Assembly (NCBI GenBank): GCA_038207335.1 | Contig: JBBQZX010000047.1 | Coordinates: 1-11,156, forward strand | Length of the DNA stretch: 11,156 bases | Direction: 5' to 3' | Source of the DNA: Chthoniobacterales bacterium | GTDB lineage: Bacteria; Verrucomicrobiota; Verrucomicrobiia; Chthoniobacterales; Chthoniobacteraceae | Shown: in pieces, positions 9,201 to 11,156 of the stretch | Layout: every line of letters begins with the position of its first letter | Position numbering within the stretch: the first letter of the stretch is position 1 | Program-made: the position numbers and the translations under genes | The notes under the pieces: model-generated | Told to the model about the DNA's origin: nothing | Seen by the model: the letters and a program-made list of their open reading frames with translations, nothing else | Database searches by the model: none

Positions 9201-11156
9201 CGGATGCGCGTAGGTCAGGCCTGGGTCGTTGAAAGTCAGCGTGCCCTGCGTGAAAGCGAACGCGCCCGCGCCGGTCCACGTCGTCCCGGCATTGAACGAA
9301 AAGACCGCTGACGCGAAGGAAATTGTCGCGCCCGTGCCGGACCGAAATTCGCCGGTGCTCGTCGGCGTGCCGACCACGTTGAGCCGTTGAATCGTCGCCT
9401 GCCCGCCCTGCACGTCGAAGAGCCCGTCATTGTGCAAAACGCCGTCGAACGTGAACGACGTGCTCGCCGGCCCGACGCGCAGGATGCCGTTGTTGTTCAC
9501 CGTGAAACGCGCCGTCAGTCCCTGCGAGCCCGAGCCGGTGAATTCCACGAGCCCGTTGTTGTTCAGCACCGCGTTCGTGCCGTTGCCGAGCGTCCCTTTC
9601 ACCGAGATCGTCCCGGCATTTTCCACCGTGCGATCGAGCACCGAGAGCGTCGCCGCGCCCGCCCCGCCCACGCTCAGCGTCCCACCATTCGCGATCGTCG
9701 TTTTGCCCGTGCCGCTCATCGTGCCGCCGATGGGAAAAGTCAGCACGCCGCCCGTCGGCACCGTGTAGTCGCCCGCACCGGTCAGCGTCCCATTCACCTG
9801 CAAATCCGCCACGCTCAGCGACAGCCCCGCGGCGATCGTCAGCGTGGTGTTTTGATTCACGAAAAAGTGCCCCGCACCGGACCACGTCGTGCCGGGCTGC
9901 ATCGTGTAATTTTGCAGGAAGCCGCTGAAGCTGATCCCCGCGCCAGCATCGTTCGTGAAGCTGCCGACCGTCGTCAGCGGCGTGAGGATGACGAGCGTCC
10001 CCGCGATCGAGTGGACGCTGCCCGAGATCGAGGCGTTGCTTGCCGAGATGGAGGCGCTGTCACCGGGCGCGTTGGAGTTGATCGCCCCGCCGCTCACGAC
10101 CGTCAGCAGGCTCGCGCCGGAGCCGGTGAGCTGCACATGGCCGAAGAGATTCACCACGCCGCCGGAGAGCACGTTGAGCGTCGATTGCTCGTGGAGATTG
10201 AGGAGCGCCGCGTTCAGATTCAGCGTGCCGGAGAGCTCCAATTCGTGATCCTCGAGCGACTCTCCGCCGCTCGCATTCACCACCGCGCCCGCCTGCACGA
10301 TCGTCCTGCCCGCGCCGAAAAGCTGACCCCCATTCCAAGTCACAACCCCGCCACTCGGGATGACGATGTCGCCCGCGCCGCCTGCCTGACTGAACTCATC
10401 GAGCTGCAGCGTGCGAATCGTCGCCGACCCCGCATCCACCGTCAGCCTCGCAAACCCCGCGACGAGGTATCGCCCCGTGCCATTCAGCAGTCCGCCCGCC
10501 GCGATATGATGCCCATTCGGCCCACCGCCCGCCATGAAGCCGAGCGTCGCGCCCGCGTCCACATTGTAGCTGCCGCTGTTCAGCGTATCGCCGCGCAGAT
10601 CGTATTCGCCCGCGAGCACATGCAGCGTCCCGGTGTTCGTGAGCGGCCCAAAGTGCAGCGACGTGCCCGACACATTGTTGAGCGTCCCCGCATTCGCGAA
10701 GTCCCCCACGATGTTCAGCGTGTGCGTGCCCGTCACATTGAAAACGCCGCCGACCTGGTTCGTGAAACTCACGCCCACAGCCACGCCGAAGTTCACCGCC
10801 CCGCTCGTCAGGTTGAAGATCCCCGCGTTATTGAAATTCACGTTCAGCGTGTCATTCGCCGCATAAGTCACCGTCCCGTGACTCCTCACCGATCCCGCGC
10901 CGATCAAGGTCACACCGCCATTCCACGCGATGCTGCCCGTCACATCCAGCGCGCCATCCACCATCAGCGTCGTATTGAAAAGCGAGAGCCCTCCCGTGAT
11001 CGAAGACGCCCCGCCCAGCTCCAGCGAACCGCCCGTGAACGCCAGATTCTCCGCCGCCGTCAGCGTCTTCGCGTGCTGCGCCCCCGTCGTGATCGTGATC
11101 GTGATCGTCCCCGGGAAGTCCGGAATCGACACATCGTCCTGATCCGTCGGCGCCAC
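288..11156 (-). CDS. Giant multidomain extracellular/surface protein (adhesin- or polymorphic-toxin-like), 5'-truncated by the window edge, >=3622 aa
   Basis: Uninterrupted 10.9-kb frame ending in TGA (tca at 288-290). It has G/A/T/S/V-rich extracellular composition and recognisable CARDB, carboxypeptidase-regulatory-like, DPND and FN3-like motifs. The first codon (GTG at the window edge) is most likely an internal Val, not the true start. Confidence 0.97.
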   Translation of the reverse strand: MAPTDQDDVSIPDFPGTITITITTGAQHAKTLTAAENLAFTGGSLELGGASSITGGLSLFNTTLMVDGALDVTGSIAWNGGVTLIGAGSVRSHGTVTYAANDTLNVNFNNAGIFNLTSGAVNFGVAVGVSFTNQVGGVFNVTGTHTLNIVGDFANAGTLNNVSGTSLHFGPLTNTGTLHVLAGEYDLRGDTLNSGSYNVDAGATLGFMAGGGPNGHHIAAGGLLNGTGRYLVAGFARLTVDAGSATIRTLQLDEFSQAGGAGDIVIPSGGVVTWNGGQLFGAGRTIVQAGAVVNASGGESLEDHELELSGTLNLNAALLNLHEQSTLNVLSGGVVNLFGHVQLTGSGASLLTVVSGGAINSNAPGDSASISASNASISGSVHSIAGTLVILTPLTTVGSFTNDAGAGISFSGFLQNYTMQPGTTWSGAGHFFVNQNTTLTIAAGLSLSVADLQVNGTLTGAGDYTVPTGGVLTFPIGGTMSGTGKTTIANGGTLSVGGAGAATLSVLDRTVENAGTISVKGTLGNGTNAVLNNNGLVEFTGSGSQGLTARFTVNNNGILRVGPASTSFTFDGVLHNDGLFDVQGGQATIQRLNVVGTPTSTGEFRSGTGATISFASAVFSFNAGTTWTGAGAFAFTQGTLTFNDPGLTYAHPNTSIVQVTLNGPGGLVTPAGATWAVSGLPSFKNLSGWTVQSGATMTVAFGLVFDNTDVSNSGTFDFSTTASAALSVINGSDFTNSAGGTVIFRADAINVATAGSGGTLVNAGTIQRLSGTGTLNISPTTFSNSGTLDVGSGEVLIPSFIAVPQLSADQSTLLGGTWKVSGGASIRLIAAETTDAFNNPLSKITTNAATVEISGAGTVFRPFSNLSANTGTLRLLNGATFTTAAQTFNPPTNPMGPLPGPLTNSGTIEIGAGATLAVTENFTQTGAGTLRLHVAGASASGHFGKVTTTGQAALGGTLELMLDGAFVPTQGQNYALLSYGSVAGDFAVLNGVQPVFTPTRAATAYTFAVGNLSGLADLVPQSIVVPANGLSGQNVTINFQVQNAGADPTNAATWTDSIYLSRSAIFDSSAVLFGRVPHTGALSGGASYADAITAAVPALLPGVFHVFVVTDSRSQVAETDNANNTLISAGSVNVDVPVLTPGVPLNASITDGQELLFRVDLPDASSRVQVAGALAGQAELFLRFGALPTVSASDAFAFDPLSTTQSLTVADSLDGNYFILVRGRASAALTLTADALPFSLTGVGPFAGTNNGTVTLTIRGAQLSTATALSLVPNFGGAVLTPVKVQVRDATSVFATFDLTGAAPGNYDVQAVSGADTQMLDNAFNVLAAPVIDSGLQVTLSFAAPAAIRLGRTATVLVSFSNPTGHDLIAPLLVLISDNGSFSFPGNPGFHSDYLELMALGDGADPGVLAPGFRGGQYVTFLPEVQGEGLVSNFLLTEVDRAAPVDYGRVELLLRPVEISDAAWAPVLASLKTRLGTTYGQYEDVLAAVAKLLPPELGDAREPLALLALPLAQAFADAKTSIRGVAHSADPLVDVSGREVIATNLDTLEQFSTTSLNDGSFALSGISAGHYTLQFDGALIANPPALLVSAGDHVANVALDLSKGAAVSGSILAGAEIEVLAADGTFRATVADANGAYSLGGLADGIYTLIFTAPGKARQVIENVAVSGGGVSLDVSLADEGRIAGSVTSGNPTGDTFVIARPIGDSDPLHVFGASVTGGQFTFTGLPAGAYDLTISHPGDVVKIIGELTVAAGQTNALGNIALIDGATISGIVTSTDPAQPASGLTVVAKAGGVVLASAATDSSGNYTLSDLAAGTYDIEVVGNGAFQVPVSVALGSGEDRAGVGVAVKPGGSITGVVTDTATGAALAGVPVFATASDGRVVNALTDSTGHYLFENLATGNYHLFVRFEGAAAGGDAALPTLDSAITGVDLHGAVAARITGTLLLADGGIASGGVVSLKQNGETIATATADGSGHYLFLLENPGTYDLQAFAGDAVFAVMNGVVVGAGATATEDLTSGAATLAVTVTSGAGSLDGTVLLIKNAASGEIVGFALVDENGLAQFSHLPAGNYVAEAFQGDARGAQMNVTVGASGSFGVTVPLAAQGIVSGTVTINGGAGMLHDGYVALYPAGGGAPVIVPIGTDGSYLLSNVQPGSYDLVTFADGYAVNVATGITIAAGQTARDVVLQPGTTTVTGRIVDASGTPITATSVNVTDAAGHVLGTGLSLADGTFEITSAVGSGLRAAAQADGGRETTLATGLNLSGGQTLALGNFTYDLLATGGSPAASAFLAATVEAASAHSLLTAPSTLSALGSFGLPTIQTPTFITVLQHKDLMHSESEVKSISPPPPGACGDACQSAYDAAVKAKEKQDRTFMEAKEQEMQLRDQAARSIGIFLGELGTDVKNVGLGYLGLAALAGIGVPLGAGVVAGLAYAGLADFVADLSRIIFADDAKDVGSAAERGALDSAKAVTSYANLLKSLNPEVVGQLKFGGPIASALNLLFNGQKVVSALNLTASRDAAQFLDGLKTNYDNAVQQYYDAVSNAIGKRDDYERCKANSGGDNAECNPPPPPPPPPSGPPGAPGKPVVPVPSQPIRQVRSVDPNDIIGPGGFGDAHFVAATATLPYTIHFENVATASASAAEVFVTETLDADLDFSTFRVTQFGFGGKTYVIPDGRSSFTQRVDAVATLGVFVDFSASIDLQTGTVHWSLSAIDPATGDVPGDASLGFLPPNISGGQGEGFVSYSVSAKTGAHTGDTIDAHASIVFDANDAIETPSIFNTIDATAPITHVETISANGTSGPDFTVRWSGADDAGGSGLATFEVFVSDNGGKFEPLLLGTTYHAAIFSGVVGHTYDFVVSGLDGAGNHEALPPVADASVMVVAGTTFTLDAAHAVQVHDSTGKLVTIKLSGHGSGVVSLVNGVLDAADLRAIVLTDTDIKTALKITTASGGSVNVGRITSAGALGSISLSSSVVLGDGYDDGADDFVIGGAVKSLALGDIAAFTQLKIGGTLSDVAVAQTTLNVKFRDALGEGITTDFATKVGVVNVLSWAFDGVLGSRQSVAGLNVTAGDFRASVDVDGGGLYAGTATLGPVNIKAGGLFGTAFQVEGALGNLKIKGAVSTQLSAASIGAIGAGSIGASTIAALSGNIGNITVSSGPLASSTIRALGGSIGNITAKLSNQTADVASIDTNLIEARSIGNLTASVTGTMTIARGFFGGLFHATTGNIGNISASVTGTALTDGIAIDIPTFASDGGSIGAITAKASSPAATAQLAAIRETDFFAHNNLGNVSAVALVTSRSPVSGRAAAIQAENFDVNFNAGGSIGKISASAGGAAEANVALDVASTQRVNFNASTDIGAVTLKVSKGRATASVNEAAAFANFIAGRNIGAFNASGDATTTQLDSVVARAGGSIAGLNVSAKNKDAGTVSASFFFAGQGRSIVVANDLRAAGIGFIKVSGSFENSQIVASGNLGAIAVGKNADRDWFVAGADVSGDAIFLTGDDSYNAHASIASLTVGGRFAMSTVAAGIAPGADFLFGTSNDFAGATGGLSTRSKIGAVKIGAASGAGTPILASLFDHTDAIESLALKSLKIGTSAVVTAFTSNGAVIDLDSNGIGDAGEVVVRTV
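291..2525 (-). other. C-terminal ~745-aa beta-solenoid region with G-S/N-I-G-x-I/L repeats and Asp-rich loops
   Basis: Starts with HDSTGKLVTIKLSGHGSG. Many GALGSI / GNIGNI / GSIGNI / GSIGKI / RNIGAF / GNLGAI units follow, and it ends DLDSNGIGDAGEVVVRTV-stop. Confidence 0.7.
2526..2822 (-). other. Fibronectin type III-like domain
   Basis: DATAP.THV...FTVRWSGADDAGGSGLATFEVFVSDNGG.F...G..GHTYDF....DGAGNHE. Confidence 0.75.
2820..3368 (-). other. DPND-motif Ig-like domain (DUF7619-like)
   Basis: SVDPNDIIGP...LPYTIHFEN...A.A.EV.VTETLDADLD.STF...IDPATG...GFLPPN...GEGFVSY...ASIVFDAN..IETP..FNTID. Confidence 0.8.
3384..3464 (-). repeat. Proline-rich linker (P9 run at 3438..3464 followed by SGPPGAPGKPVVPVPSQP)
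   Basis: cggcggcggtggcggtggcggcggtgg on the + strand encodes nine consecutive Pro (mixed CCG/CCA codons). Confidence 0.95.
3468..4127 (-). other. All-alpha insert of unknown function: coiled coil, 32-aa uncharged hydrophobic segment, helices, coiled coil; bracketed by two Cys pairs
   Basis: Charged helical run QSAYDAAVKAKEKQDRTFMEAKEQEMQLRDQAAR, hydrophobic VGLGYLGLAALAGIGVPLGAGVVAGLAYAGLA (3947..3852), and return helix LKTNYDNAVQQYYDAVSNAIGKRDDYERC. Cys codons at 4107, 4095, 3501 and 3468. Confidence 0.75.
4335..6599 (-). repeat. Nine tandem carboxypeptidase-regulatory-like (prealbumin/CnaB-type fold) repeats of ~76-87 aa
   Basis: Each unit begins with I/V-x-G-x-V/I (TSIRG, AVSGS, RIAGS, TISGI, SITGV, RITGT, TLAVT, IVSGT, TVTGR). 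Most contain T/A-D-x-x-G-x-Y/F-x-x-x-x-L-x-x-G-x-Y. Confidence 0.9.
6600..7151 (-). other. DUF11-like Ig domain followed by a short helical bundle
   Basis: APAAIRLGRTATVLVSFSNPTGHDLIAPLL...PGVLAPG (beta), then the amphipathic helical stretch RPVEISDAAWAPVLASLKTRLGTTYGQYEDVLAAVAKLL. Confidence 0.55.
7179..7445 (-). other. IPT/TIG-like Ig domain
   Basis: LTGVGPFAGTNNGTVTLTIRGAQL...ATFDLTGAAPGNYDV...LDNAFNV. Confidence 0.7.
7449..7748 (-). other. PPC-like (pre-peptidase C-terminal) beta-sandwich
   Basis: AELFLRFGALPT...D...QSLTV....GNYFILVRG resembles the PPC pattern D/E-L-Y-V-R-x-G-x-x-P-T...G-x-Y-Y-I-x-V. Confidence 0.65.
7755..8111 (-). other. CARDB domain
   Basis: ADLVPQSIVVP...G.NVTINFQVQNAG...WTDSIYLS...G.F.VFVVTDS..QVAETDNANN is the typical CARDB signature. 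Confidence 0.88.
8130..8396 (-). other. Beta-helix C-terminal cap module (passenger-domain-like)
   Basis: FTQTGAGTLRLHVAG...GKVTTTGQAALGGTLELMLDGAFVPTQGQNYALLSYGSVAGDF matches the common G-x-A-x-L-x-G-T-L-x-x-x-L-x-x-x-F-x-P-x-x-G-x-x-F/Y end-of-solenoid pattern. Confidence 0.7.
8397..11156 (-). repeat. N-terminal beta-solenoid (autotransporter-passenger-like) region containing four degenerate ~200-aa super-repeats
   Basis: Recurrent N-x-G-T-L/I and N-x-G-x-F turns. Equivalent residues recur at 10923, 10335, 9735 and 9132 (AWNGG / TWNGG / TFPIGG / TWAVSG) and at 10485, 9882 and 9276 (GGLLNGTG / GTTWSGAG / GTTWTGAG), i.e. 196-202 codons apart. Confidence 0.8.

Noticed and set aside
10587..10595. 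RGD tripeptide (YDLRGDTL)
   Set aside because: One occurrence in 3600 aa is expected by chance, and it lies within a regular solenoid coil.
181..11142. Other short ORFs on both strands overlapping the giant CDS, including 181..438
   Set aside because: Shadow frames with P/A/S/T- or R-biased composition and no independent coding evidence.
1..11156. CRISPR array, DGR template/variable repeat pair, IS element, tRNA/rRNA, or plasmid/phage replication genes
   Set aside because: I saw no spaced identical repeats, long near-identical repeat pair, terminal inverted repeats, or transposase/RT/Rep coding capacity. An autonomous circular replicon is therefore unsupported.

Overview
High-GC bacterial DNA, probably PVC superphylum (Verrucomicrobia/Planctomycetes-like; inferred from protein motifs only). 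It is almost entirely filled by one 5'-truncated minus-strand gene (288..11156, >=3622 aa) for a giant modular extracellular protein. N to C it has: a beta-solenoid with four ~200-aa super-repeats and a cap, CARDB, PPC-like, IPT-like and DUF11-like domains, a short helical bundle, nine carboxypeptidase-regulatory-like repeats, a Cys-bracketed coiled-coil/hydrophobic/coiled-coil insert, a poly-Pro linker, a DPND (DUF7619-like) domain, an FN3-like domain, and a ~745-aa C-terminal beta-solenoid ending in an EF-hand-like loop. A second minus-strand gene, absent from the ORF track, starts 109 nt after the stop (178..1) with a LEPR-XLL-type leader (EPLEARIAPA). It runs off the left edge at the point where the giant gene enters from the right edge: a 4-nt in-frame overlap gives ...NWSGG-V-APTDQDDVSI. 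The window therefore looks like one unit of a tandem array or a circularly permuted single gene. The most interesting candidate system is an RHS-less scaffold carrying a possible membrane-active payload in the slot next to the DPND domain. Domain names come from motif recognition, not database searches.
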